Shown: piece by piece, positions 13,601 to 26,800 of the stretch
How positions within the stretch are numbered: the stretch's first letter is position 1
Layout of the letters: each line of letters opens with the position of its first letter
Source of the DNA: Pecten maximus
Taxonomy: Eukaryota
NCBI RefSeq assembly: GCF_902652985.1
Contig: NC_047016.1
Location: 29,202,001 to 29,266,000 of the forward strand
Length of the DNA stretch: 64,000 nt
Direction of reading: 5' to 3'
Notes under the pieces: generated by a model
Told to the model about the DNA's origin: nothing
What the model saw: the letters and a program-made list of their open reading frames with translations, nothing else
Database searches by the model: none
Program-made: the position numbers and the translations under genes

Positions 13601-16600
13601 CTGGGTGTCTGTACACTGTATATTCTCTACAATTACACTATTGTATGAACCGACGAAGACGTGGTGATATACTAGATCATATATCCGACTTGTATGTGTG
13701 TCAAAATAAACACACAACCAAACCACAGAAATATGATGCATTGTCACAATACGAAATCTTATAAGGCTTAAAAATTCCTTTTTGTCATTTTCAAATTGAA
13801 GTTCTCACGATTTAAAGGAAACTGTTAAATGCCCCTAAATCAGCTATCTGTCGAGGGGCGTGCATGGAGGTGAGAAAACATGTGATTAAATAGATTGCAC
13901 GCTTTTGAAAAGAACGTGCAAGGTACGTATATAGATCAATATTGAGGCCCGGATCTGTAACGTTCTTATATTATCTGAACTAACGACAGAAGGTCATCTG
14001 GCCGTGACCTCAACGTGGAAACACTGCTGAAACTGGAATTGCATAGTAAACGATGTGGCACTAACATATTTAAGGTAAACACACTTTATGATGAAGATGC
14101 TGCATACCTGGATACTATTTTGATGTAGAAGCAATAATGCCCATTCATAACCATATCAAATCACAAATTCTGTTCTTTAGTATTACGACCGTTGTGTGAC
14201 AAAGTAAGAAAATCTGAACACTTTTGTCCTTTTTTCCTTCAATCAAGGACAAAATAATTGCATCAGTCTGCAGAATGCTATGAAACTAAACCACTGAAGG
14301 ACTTAAACGATGTACCATGGTTTTAATTTTATGTATGATACATACAAAAGATTAATAATAAACGGCCATAGATATTGATTGTATACATATTTGTTTGATA
14401 GATTCAAGCAGACCCAGAGCATATCCCAAACATGTTATTGAGTAATGATTTTGGGTATCATACGAGACATGTAGTGGATGGGTACATGTATGAACTAACA
14501 CATGCACAGCTACACAATGTCACAGTTCCCCATATCCCTGGGCCTACATTACAACCACCCTGGCGATTTTTTTCCGATTCCTCGTACACCCCGACCTACT
14601 CTGATACACTCTCGTTTTACGTGTACGTGTGAAATAGACACCGGCCTGACACCGACCAGCTCGTAACCTGTAACAGTTACGCTCCTTCACTTCATACTGA
14701 GGTGATTGATGACGCCGATTTGTAAAGGTTATTTAGGACAATCACATAGAGCATAACTGCAATATAAAAAAGACAGATCGGAGTTTAATTGTAGATAACT
14801 ACCTTCTACGATTTGCCAGAATGTCACGGTCGCGTGGCGAGCCGGAGGATCCTTACGAAATGTACGTGGGAAACATGAGATAAAGAAGCATGCGGATTGT
14901 ACAACAGTTCCCCACACTGCCATCAGTGCCTTCTTCTAGGGGTCAGATAGTCTACTACACAAGACTGTAAAGGTGTCTTACATTCTGCTGTAATTAACAC
15001 TAATTAGCAGTGTTTACTATACTACCTTAACAAGTTGATCGTGATCGACCGTGTCAAGACTGCCCTGCAAATGTAATGTGTCAAAAAGTGAGAATTTTAC
15101 GGACAACAAAATTCTTAAAATACATTTCATGTTATATTTTTGTCAATAGACGGTTCATCTACCCCAAACATTTAACCGCAAACATTAACCTTAGCCTCAG
15201 GGGAAAAAATCATCACTTCCACCGGTAATCTGTAATCCTACCTTCTACCTAATAATGCAGTAGTAGCAGGGTTGTCTAAATGGACATCGAGTTCTTATAA
15301 CGCACGTTAGATACATATTATATTTGTAAGAGAGTTCGTGGCAAGGTATTCTTAGTCACCTTACATTTAAATGGTTGCAACTTATCCTGTCACCTCACAT
15401 ATCGACACAATGTCATGGAGTTACATCTACATCGTACCACCATATTCCGAGATAGATGCATGCATTTCTATTTCATTGTAATGTTTTCGAAATGCGATGT
15501 CTTATGTGTGATGAGGTCTCTGCGATACTAGTTTGTTGTTCATAAAATGAATACAATAACTGTGTTAGACCAATGTGCAGAAATTGACAAAATGTCCATG
15601 GAAATGTAAAGGAATTGAGCAGATGAATGGAAAATAAATATTTTACTAAATGAAACGAGTGTCCATCTTATATTCTGTGTACCATTCGATGTGTAGTGGT
15701 ATTGTTATGTAAAAGAGCAACACAACCAGCAAAATCAGCCAAATACACAAGTCCGGCGTCAACCAGACGCTCTGCGGTTTTAGACACAGCACACCAAATG
15801 ATTGGACAACTGTAAAGAACAAAATTGGACCCTGTAATAGAACGCACTTTAATTCTTACGCAGAATTAGCAAAGCGATAACAAACCACACTAAAAGGATC
15901 AACGTTAGAATTCCAATATCCGAATAAAATAGAATCTATAGTTAGAATTGTTCACGGGAGCTCTTCTACCATTTGTCATCGAATGGCATCATCGCTCAAG
16001 TAGACAGGGCGGGATGAGAAATGTATTGGATGATTTGTGGGGAGCTAAAAGATAAACGGTGTCGGAAAATAATCGATTTTTTCGAACAAAACAGTTTGGT
16101 AAATTCTTCAAATATCTTGAAATTATGCATGTTGACATCCATATTTCATGACAAGGCAGTAGAACGACAATGCCCAAAGAAGTTACCAATCAAGAGAAAC
16201 GACCTCACGAGAGGAAGAACTAATCTTGTGCACCGCCGACCGTGCATAGAAGTGAGAAATAAAGGGTACTAGCAGAGTCTTTCATACAACTTTAATAAAA
16301 TCCATTTGAATGGTGTCAAAACATCATGAGGATCGACAACAAGAACGAAGGTTTGTTCAAAATTGTACACGCTTTTCTTTTAAAAGCAATTTTGCTAAAT
16401 ATTTTGTTCTGTAATAGGTTTGAAACATTTTTAATAATTCTTATTGCAAATTGTTACCTCTTTATTCCCATGATGGCAAGATCGCATTATACATTATATA
16501 TCGTTAAGGATTCGAATGATTGCATTGTATGGTTGAATTCTAATAAACGCAAAGTAAGTAAACATACTAGTGTTAAAACTAGGTATAGACATGCTACGCT

Positions 16601-17865
16601 GGTATGCTGATGTGTGGGCTTCATATATAGGTTTATATTCCATTGAATACGCTGAGGCTAAATAATATCAGTAGTGACCTTTTGGGCGTATTAATTAGCT
16701 TACCAAAGGCATGGGTAAGTATTTATATAAAGTTGTTTCAAATGATTACTTCATTTCAGTCGAACAATTATTTCACTTGGCATGTGAAGAATACATATTT
16801 GCCTTTTATTTCCGCATCAGCCGGTTAATTAATTTCCATTCAAAGTTACTGGAAAGCCTTCAATACTTAATGACCCAAATGGGCAGATTAGCACATTGCG
16901 CGTCAAAAAGCCGGCTTTATATCATTAATATAATCGTACATATATTGTGATATTATTTTAATATTTACATACAAGTAATATTTTGTATACATCGCTGTTT
17001 TGTAATCTAACACCTTCCTTCTATTCTGTGTATTGTTTCTTAATCTTATAGTATTGTAACACTGCTGAATTGTATACACGTGAAATATTTGTAATGAAGA
17101 TAAACATCTAGTTGTAATATTGTACTATCACATATACTCATGTATTGTTGTAATACACTGTTTCTGGTCATACTATTGATGTATTGTATATAGCTGCGAT
17201 TTTCTTGCATCGTATACACACTGATAATTTTTTTTCTAAAACCCTTAATTTATTTATTCCTGAAATATGAGGAGGGATGTCATGGAGACACCACCATAGG
17301 GGTTACAAAGTACAGAGAGAGAAAGACAGAAAACAGAAAAATGCCCAGAAATAGGGAAACTATAAAGATGCCACGTGTTGCAATGACGGTAATATGCCAT
17401 GGAGACAGCAGATCCGACTTGGTCTCTTAAAGTCCCTCATTGATCCCATGGAAAAATTAGCAGAGGACGTTCTTTTGTCGCCTTCTACGATTAACATGCA
17501 ATTGGATAAAACAAGCCTCACCCAAAGACTACCCGTTATTATATAACTGCAATACACAGGAGAAACACAGAACACAGAATGTACCCACAACTAGTCGCCT
17601 CTGACCACATGCATTGAGATATAGACTGGTCACCAGCCCCTAAGTTTTTTGTTAGAACTGCTCCACTAAATTTTACTACAAGATTATCTCCCCTAGTTTG
17701 AAAATCAGACATATCCTAGTGACCAAAATCATAAAGGTCAATTTTATTTATAATTTTAATATTCTAGAGACAGGGAGCCAGTCTAATTGCGATAGAATAG
17801 GGATATTCTTTTTTCCTGCTCATGTGTAATCTAAGGTGTATTTACACCGAATACAATTAGCTAAT

Positions 17866-18273
17866 GGATAAGACATTTTATTACATTTTTACCAGTGAAA
17901 TATCAAAAATTATTCATTCTATAAAAGTGATATTTTTCAGATCATATTTATCACTAGTGAAAAATATCATTTTTGCTGATTTGACCAATCAAATTAATGA
18001 TTAGAAAATACCAAAATAATTGACCAATCAGAAAGCCCGACATATATCTCAGCACCTGGACAGGGGGAACTACATTTTTTGTTTACAAATTATCGCTGTA
18101 GGCCTAGTTAGCATACGGGGTAGGGTTTTCGTTGATAAAAAATGTAATAAACAGAATATCTAACAGTGTCTTCAGTAATACCAAATATATTTCACGAGTG
18201 GGGCTAATATTTGTATATTTCTCACGAGTGCGCAGCACGAGTGAAAAATATCTAAATATTAGCCACACGAGTG
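17866..18273. mobile_element. Non-autonomous interspersed element with nested CACGAGTG hairpin (Crypton-like; family assignment from recall)
   Basis: 18190-18273 is an imperfect palindrome centred on CACGAGTG-CGCAG-CACGAGTG, with arms GGCTAATATTT/AAATATTAGCC and four CACGAGTG copies. Related GTGAAA(A)ATATC and TTGACCAATCA repeats lie at 17894-18030. Left boundary approximate. Confidence 0.55.
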
Positions 18274-18739
18274 GTATCCTCTATTCATTTTCTTCATCAT
18301 CATCATGCTTGAAATCATATTTCTTGATGATACATCTGATTGTTAGATGTTCACTGAGATGAATTTGATAACGTGTTATTGTGGGGGAAAAGATATAAGT
18401 TCGACAAGTCTCAATATACACATCAAAATAACGGTATATTTCCTGACATTTCTGTAGTTCAATGTTTTCTACTCTTTGAGATAATACATTTAAAAGCATT
18501 TTAAGCAGGTATATCATTTCAGTGGTGTGCATTTGTATAGATGTTTGTCAAAAAAGCTTTCAAACACGTATTTATCTGGTTAAGAGGGGGGAAATCAATA
18601 AAAAAACAACAACAAAAAAACCAACAAAAATCAAACAAGCAAAAATGTTTCAAAACTTCATCAAATATTCATTATTACAAATATGTTATTTATAAATACG
18701 GATGGTAAACGTTTTACATGTGTTATAATGGCAAATATC

Positions 18740-18808
18740 ATCATATTACAACTTCTCTTATTGCATGTACAATATCATGTTACAACTTACTCTTATTACA
18801 TGTTAAAT
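18740..18808. repeat. Tandem duplication of a 34-35-bp unit
   Basis: atcatattacaacttctcttattgcatgtacaat followed by atcatgttacaacttactcttattacatgttaaat. Confidence 0.8.
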
Positions 18809-21800
18809 ACCCAGCCATATCTCAAATATAAACACACAATGAAGTTATAGGATAATACTCTATACTTATCAATACAAAAAGGAAATATTAATGGCTGCAA
18901 TCCCATTTGCATTGCTATATTATCGGTAAAGTAATAAAAGTAATTCTGTCACGTTTTGATTCTTTCTCCATTTGCTTATTATTTTCAAATTTCACTATAG
19001 TAATTGTCAAAAAACTTGCACCTGGTTTTTTAAATTTTGTTTTTAAGCTTGAAAGCTTTATGTAAATGACGTTTTCACAAACAAACGATTTGGTATGGAT
19101 TTAAGCAAACAGTAATTTCTAGAACTATATTGTCTGAACATTTTGTCAGAGACCTCAAACAATCTCATCTCATGTTGTGGCTATAAATTTTGTTTGAATG
19201 CGTTAAGAAAATATGTATTCAACGCCTTCACAAAAGCTTAATGCCCCTTTCGCTAAATTTGGAAATTAATTCTTTAACGACATGGACTGTTGCATAACCC
19301 CATTGGCTATAGACATAATAATTTCTCCATTTGATCATTGATCAATATATTCATTATGCGTGAATTTAAGTCATAGAAAATAGGTTAATCTCAATTTTCC
19401 TTCAAATTTACCTGGAATAAAAACAAGAAGCAGAGCAATTGATGAACTGAAATTGTCAAAATATACCGGAAATCCGTAGTTCAAAATGCAAACCTATCAT
19501 AATTAAGTAAAATGAATACGAAATTGATTATTTGCTGAGTTAAAACTAGGACTGCATAATAATTATGATCTGAGAAATAAATATTTTTTTATCTACAAAT
19601 AATGAGATCCTACCCTTAAATAGGTGGCCATATACAAAAACAGGGTTCTTTAATAGAGAATTGATATACAACCATAGTAAACTGCACTTTACACGAGAAA
19701 ATGTTTAATCTCTTTTAACAACATCATGTATGTGGTCTGTTGTTATGATTTGATAGTATACTGTGTTTGTAGACAGTATAATTCCCCATTCCATAACACT
19801 CACATAATGTCGTTTGTTTCAGCGTTTGGATCTCAATTACAGCCAATGTAAACTTCCCTATACCACTGTTGTCAGGCCTGTTGCAGACCAAGGGAGGCTG
19901 ATGTGAGACGTCGTCGTCCCTGGGATACGATAGCTGTGTCAAAGGTGTCGCACAATCTATCAAAACCCTGTATCTCTTTTTCCTAGATGGGCATCAGTCA
20001 AATGGCTTCCCCTCCCGAGGTGATCGGCGGTCTCTGATAAGTTGTGATTAATGGCCGACTGTGGGGTTGGGGATCAGAGAGTGAGATGGGTCCTCGGATA
20101 AATACCCCTCTAATGACCCTAACACCCAGCCACCAACACACACAAACAACTCACAAATTTCTACCAACACTTTTTGTGCATTTTGTATAATTTCTGCTTT
20201 GTAGTCTCAAAGCACAGCTAGAAAATATATGTGTTTTTGAATTTATCTTTCCACAAAATCTGTGTGGGATTTGAAGCTGACTTAAAATCACATAAATTCA
20301 ACAATTTTAAAGAAAAAAAGACTGTCTCTTCGTTCATTGATGAACCGGAGAAGCATTGACTCTTTGCCCTACACGAATTGTGAATTGTAGTTTGTTTTGG
20401 AGAACTAGAATCCAAATGCCAAGAAAAAATATTTCAGTGTTGAATTCCTAAGGAATGGCTATGTATAGTGGTCGTCTGAAGGACACCCAGAGTCGTCGTC
20501 AGTATTGTTATGATAATGTTGGTAAATAAGAGATATATTGTTAGTATTAAATAGAATAATTTTCAATTTAGATCAGTGTCTGTATGAAAGTGTATAGTAC
20601 ACGTAAACCATAGACAACTGTACCTGTCGTTACTGGAGACGCGGGCAAGAGTCATATAACGTTCAATTCCATTCGGTTTTATACGATATCATTTATTGAA
20701 ATCAACGAAAAGGCACTCTTGCCTCGAAGACTTACACTATGTGGAGTCACTGTGAATTTCTATAACTGTTCCTTATCTATTAAAAAGTACTGTTTTTATT
20801 TAAGTCAATCACGTGGGAACAAATATGGCCCCTTAGCCATGTTTACACAACTGATACCATATTCTAGGAAATACACTTATTTTATTGTTAGTGACGATTT
20901 TGATTATTTCATTGTATATGATGTAATGCAAGCATGGAAGTCACGATTTTGTCCAGCTGATGTTAATATTGCTTGGTGAATACAATCTTCAATATTAATG
21001 AAGAGGCTAGATCATCAGTGTTTCTGAAGCAAACAAAAACAGAAACAACTATACGTTATACTTTATATAAAGGATATGTTTACGTTCATTACCCATCTTT
21101 TATGACCCTGATAATGCAATAAAACTTGCACTCTGAACATGCTTTACAGAACAAAGTACAGTGTACAACATAGATATGACAACAATATCCTTATTACTAA
21201 AACAAGACATAAAAGCTGTCAGTACATATGAAACTTTGTTAGTAAAGGTTAGCAGGTGTGTTCATTTGTACCGAATAACACTGTAAAACATTAAACATGG
21301 CCGCTAACATGCACGTTTCGTCCACGCACAATTGTTTCCCGAATTAAACGGTACATTAGGCGTATAGTATCACACAAGTTTGATCCAGATATCCATGGGG
21401 TGTTAAACCTTCCGGATTAATTACTCCGCCTCTGAGTCTATAATTACACTGATTCAATTCTGGATTCATTCAATTGAATACAAAACCCATCAGGGATGTT
21501 GGGGAGTCTAGGTCAGATCGATGTTTGTAACATGTGGCATCACACCAGTGTATAACAAACATTTGTCTGCACTTCCTGATATTGTAAGGGGGGTCTAAAT
21601 TGCTCTATTGTCATCGAGCAAACCCAAATTGTGCGGAACTTTTCTCGAATTTACCAGAAACCTAATATTCTGAAATGAGAATAATTTCATTTGCTTTTCA
21701 CTGAAGCTGTATAAGGTCGCTGAAACAGATATGTCTGGATTATGTAAGTGTCTAAGCGTCCTTTCTGGTTTGAAGCAATTCTGTGTCCTATTGACTTTGT

Positions 21801-23770
21801 TTCACCCGATAGTTACAATCAGTTTTTGATCATAACATTTACTAACCTAGCAAGTATATAACTTTGTGACCCTACCCCTTTGTGGAATAATGATGTCGAG
21901 CATTCATATTGTGTAATAGTTGGGAAAGGTAAAGCACGAATAGGATGAAGAGACGCATTGTCGAATATGTAATTTTAAGAACATTAATTCCCGCTTATTA
22001 CACCAATCAAGATTAACCCGGAATATTTTAGTACTATAATGAGGCCACTGCAGTCATTTTTAGTGGTTTACTTTCACATCCTGCAAAAGCTGCTACAATT
22101 AGTTGAGTATCGCGTAATGTCATAAAGAACCTCTTAATTGATATAATAGCTCACCTACAATCGCGTATCTTAGCCTCAGACTCCGACAGACTTGGCTCCA
22201 TCTCTTTTGACATTCGTTGCCAATTGCAACTCTTGGTTGCATGTATTTGTTAAGTAAATAAGATACATAATTATACCATGTTCATGCATGGCGCCTGCGG
22301 AAACGTAAGAAAAAGGTTTTCCGATTAGTTTGTGTTAATTTATGTGCTTTTCACTATTCTGAATATCTCAAATGACTTGCAATAACGAGTTGCAACGCCA
22401 GCTAGAGACTGCATCCTGGTAGGTTTGCAACGAGAATACATTTTGCTAATTTAACAGTATTTAATGTATATCGCATCATGCTCAACCTGGCAGATATGAT
22501 TAAATAGACGATATCGTTTCATATTAAAGTGTTTTTAATGTGAGATTGGAATTAACTTATTACCTTAGATACATACATCTTCTTGAAATAGTGGAATCTA
22601 ATATTCCCGATTCTAATATACGGAATAGAATTTACATTTTTAAGATGGAAACGGAAGTGTTCTGGGTTATAATGTATACATATCGGGATCTAATACGACC
22701 GTAGTGAAGCTCTTTACATTGTCATAGTTTAATTAGACAATGAATCATTCAGCGATATATTAGAAATAAAACCGTTTCATTATTTAATGGAGATGTAAAA
22801 TATAATAATGAAGATAAGTTTCATTACAATTGTTATTATTAACATAACAGTATACGTGACTTAGTGATTAATTAAGAGGATGCTATCTAAAGATTATGTT
22901 TATATAAGTAGGAACCCTAAAACAGCATTTTCATATTATACTCATATCAACATGTTATAAAGAAACGCTGCCAAGAAAGAAAAGGAAGCATTTATTTTCA
23001 AATAAATATACTGTTAGGAATTTCCCTGATATGTTTAGTAGCGTGTTTGAAGAATGCATTATAAACATTTTATTAAACGATATTTTACATATTTTCCTCC
23101 TTGTGATATTGTCTATGCATCTATAATTTTCAGTCCGTAGATATCAAATTCATGATCTTTATCTAATGCCACACTGAAATAGGAAATTCTGACGTAACTT
23201 TATTGTAAATGCTTTATAAAAATGGGAAAATTTTCAAATGGTGCTACTCTTTATGATTTTTAACCATTGTAATAGATACAAAGCTTTTTCCTCATATTCT
23301 AGGAAGGTATTTATGGTTGGATTATAATCAACTTCTTTCATCTGTAAACTTTCATTGCAGAATTCAATTTTATTTACATATACGCTAAATATTATATTTC
23401 TTATGCACATAAAAATCTGTCATATAATCCAGTTAAAGGCCGGGTTATCTCCCCTTTCTCTTATAACAAATACTTTCCAATATGCTGCAAATAGTAAATC
23501 TGTCATGCGCTATTTTTAAAGCTGTCTTGCTCAAGGTCTCAATTAATAAAATAAAATAGGTCGCCTACATAAATAAACAAAACTATAATTGGACGTTAAT
23601 TGATATAAAACTGTATTAGTCAGCGAGTCACAAACTGGTGCTACTTTTGATAGATTAGACCGGTCAGACTTAACACATGAGCAGCGTCATAACACTGATG
23701 AAATATGATGAGGATACGTAGGTGTAATTAATAAAACCCCGACATATTGTTACAGTAGGCTACTGTTGTG

Positions 23771-23820
23771 TATATAAACAGGCGCTGAGGTGCACAGGGT
23801 TAAAGAAATAGTATTCACTT
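23771..23820 (+). promoter_or_regulatory. Candidate TATA-box core promoter
   Basis: TATATAAA at 23771-23778, followed by GC-rich CAGGCGCTGAGGTGCACAGGG and Inr-like TAGT/TTCACTT about 35-45 bp downstream. Confidence 0.3.
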
Positions 23821-26800
23821 CTTGTATACTAAAATAACTGTAATATATTTGATCGTTGGATAAATTTAAAAGATATTTACAAAAGTATGATATCATCATT
23901 ATCAGGGCTTTAATGCCATTTCATGACATATGATAATAAATCCAAACACATTTAAATCTACATCGATTTAATTTTTAGTGTTATTCGACTTTCCTTGCGA
24001 ATTCTAAATCTTTCAAACATTTGAATGGACAGGTCAGTAAATAATATTATTTAATATGAAATAATTAATATAATTGTATCACCACCATTGGTAAATATTC
24101 AAAATAAGTTATTAAAGCATCGGTACAATAGGAATGAAACATTTGATATAAGAATACATTAAACTTCTTGTTTCCCACGTTGCTTCTGCATTCATGTGCT
24201 AAACCATAGATTAAACCTCATGGGTTTTGAATACTTGCTACTTTGCTACATATACGGAAACAATAAACGAAATTATATGCAAAGTAAAATAAAAAAAATT
24301 AAGTTGATATGATTAAAGGTTCGTTCCTTATAAATGTTACTGGTGGTATACATACATCTTTATGAAATAACTGAAACATGATATACATATATCTTGCTCC
24401 AAATTCAATCTGAAATGAGCATTAAATGCATGTGTAATGTACAAATGTATGCATGCATGGAGTTTTAACAAGTACATCCATTAATTCATATCATTGTCTA
24501 GATTATTGTCTCTCGATGTAAACTAATATCTCTGCGATTTCTTTTTTTGCAAAAGAGTAGAATTTAAATAAATCCTTTATTATTTATAAAACGTTTGTAA
24601 ACTAATACTCTTAAACGACAGTAAGTGTTGCGAGACTGTATTTATCAGCAGGCTTTATTTTACAATTTTGATGTTACTGAATATTTCCTTGTGTTCGTGC
24701 GCCATATCGTTACTGCCAGATAGTTATCTTTTCTTTTTTCTTTTGTGTTTGTGCTATAATACAACGTCACTTATACATCAGTATTTACAGATATAAACTT
24801 TGTCTACCAATGTTTATTCCAATGAAAGACGTCTTCTATTATCATATTTATAGGATTCACCCTGATCACTCCCCTGAGGATGAAGTTGATGTTTGCCTGT
24901 TAAAACCCAATGCAATCTTACCACCTCCCATTGTCCTTGTATGTTAGTGCTTTGGTAATATTGTTCTGTTTTACATTTGAATATGTTGATTTGTAGCATT
25001 CTATATTGACACGATATAGCTGTAACTTGACCATCCATTCACTATGTTAACATCCTGCTATGAGTTCTGCTCGTTACCAATTGCTTTCTAAGTTAGCGAC
25101 ACACTATACAATGTTTTGATATAATCATACGATTTTGATTTTTAAAGTCATATACCGGTGTTCTCTATCATCCCGATTTTAATCATATCACATAAACAAT
25201 GGCCAAATAAAGGTGAATTTGTATGCTTTAGTCTGTGAATTACATTACCGCCATTATAATTGGTTTGAAAACGATCTCCTCATTTTTTTTGTTCGTGACT
25301 ACAAGACCTAATAAGCAAACGGCGATTTTTCAGAGCGGTAATACTCTTAGGAAACAGTTATCCCCACTGTTCTTGCCGAGGGTCATGTTAATCATGTGTT
25401 ACGATTGAGATATCATAAATCACGCTGCACAAAATATTATTTGTAGCTGTTCATGTTTGTCGTATTTAAAGGTCTGGATGATTTGGTATCAATACTATTA
25501 CCTATAACACAATATCTTATATATTATGTTTAGAATATACATAGAAATTAAACAGAAGGAATTATTCCTACTCCTACTAATGTAGTATTAAAACATGATA
25601 AGTAAGGAACATTGCCTCGTCAAGTCCCTCTTTAGAGATATTTTGTTATGAATTATTTCAAATTGTGATTGGATATTATTTCCAAATGAATTAAGAAAAA
25701 TGAAAAGAATTGACATCAAAATTTGTAAAGGGAGATAATTCAAAGAATGTACAAAATAAGCACAAACTGGATAAAGATTATTATATTACATGTGCATGTA
25801 CGTTATACTTAAGTATCTAGATTTTGTAACAAGAGTGTAAACATATATCAACAATGATTCATTTGATATTAAATTCTACCTTTCATCACTTTTTATCATT
25901 TCCAAGATAAAATCATTATTTGTCAAAGAAAGACATTTTTAAACCTAAAATCGATGCTACAGATATAACTGTTTATTTTTGTAACAGCTCATGGAAAAAG
26001 AAAAGTTATCAGCAGGTTTAATCGGAGACTGCCCTGTGTTATTTTCCTGTTATTTAGGTTATCACCGTGTAAAACATTAAGTTTACAATCATAATCAATC
26101 ATATGAAATTTTAAGGCAATTAATCCTTTCCGATAGAGAACGTGGACTGGCTTTTTTTCTGTAGTGGTACCCTGCATACCCCTTGTGTGAGCCCCTAGCT
26201 GATCATTTCCAGACTCGGTGATGAATATGGTGATTAGTCGTCCAAGCATTCAGATGGTTTTATTTGCATAAATGCTGGATTTGCATACTCTACGAGCTGG
26301 TTGTGGTTGTCCTTTGTGTAGGGGTTGATACGGGAATCTTCCTTCAGGATAGCCTTAATACGCATGAATCCTAATCCATACAGATCAATGCTACTATCCA
26401 ATTTATTAGTTTTTATATAGTTTGGTTGCATTATATTTAATAGTTTTGTAACATAATATAGATATTGATTTCAGTCGTATTTTTCAACGTTATGCATTTT
26501 ATTATCTATTGACAATGTTATTATCACAATTGTTGTTCTTGCTTTTATTATATACTTAATATTTTGAAAATGTTTTCATTCCGGATTTTGCTTACTTTAT
26601 TTTAATGTATCGTAGCTCATTGCATTGGTTGAAATTAAATTTAAATATTATCTGAAATATTTGTTCCATCCGTGTATAATAACGTTAATATACCCAACTG
26701 TAAAACACAAATACGTTCCCTGATCATAGCTCCACTGAAATATATGCTTTTTTTTTAAATGATAGTATCATGTTTACGCCACACATAGTATTTCATCTAT

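Noticed and set aside
14900-15430. miRNA-like matches (miR-34-like TGGCAGTGTGG on the minus strand ~14922; miR-281-like TGTCATGGAGTT ~15411)
   Set aside because: Only 11-12 nt match, the 3' halves diverge and no precursor hairpin is evident. Seed-only matches to let-7, miR-8, miR-279 and miR-1 elsewhere were dismissed likewise.
17270-17590. Retroelement coding fragment (MPWRQQIRLGLLKSLIDPMEK)
   Set aside because: Resemblance to integrase is too loose; no catalytic motifs.
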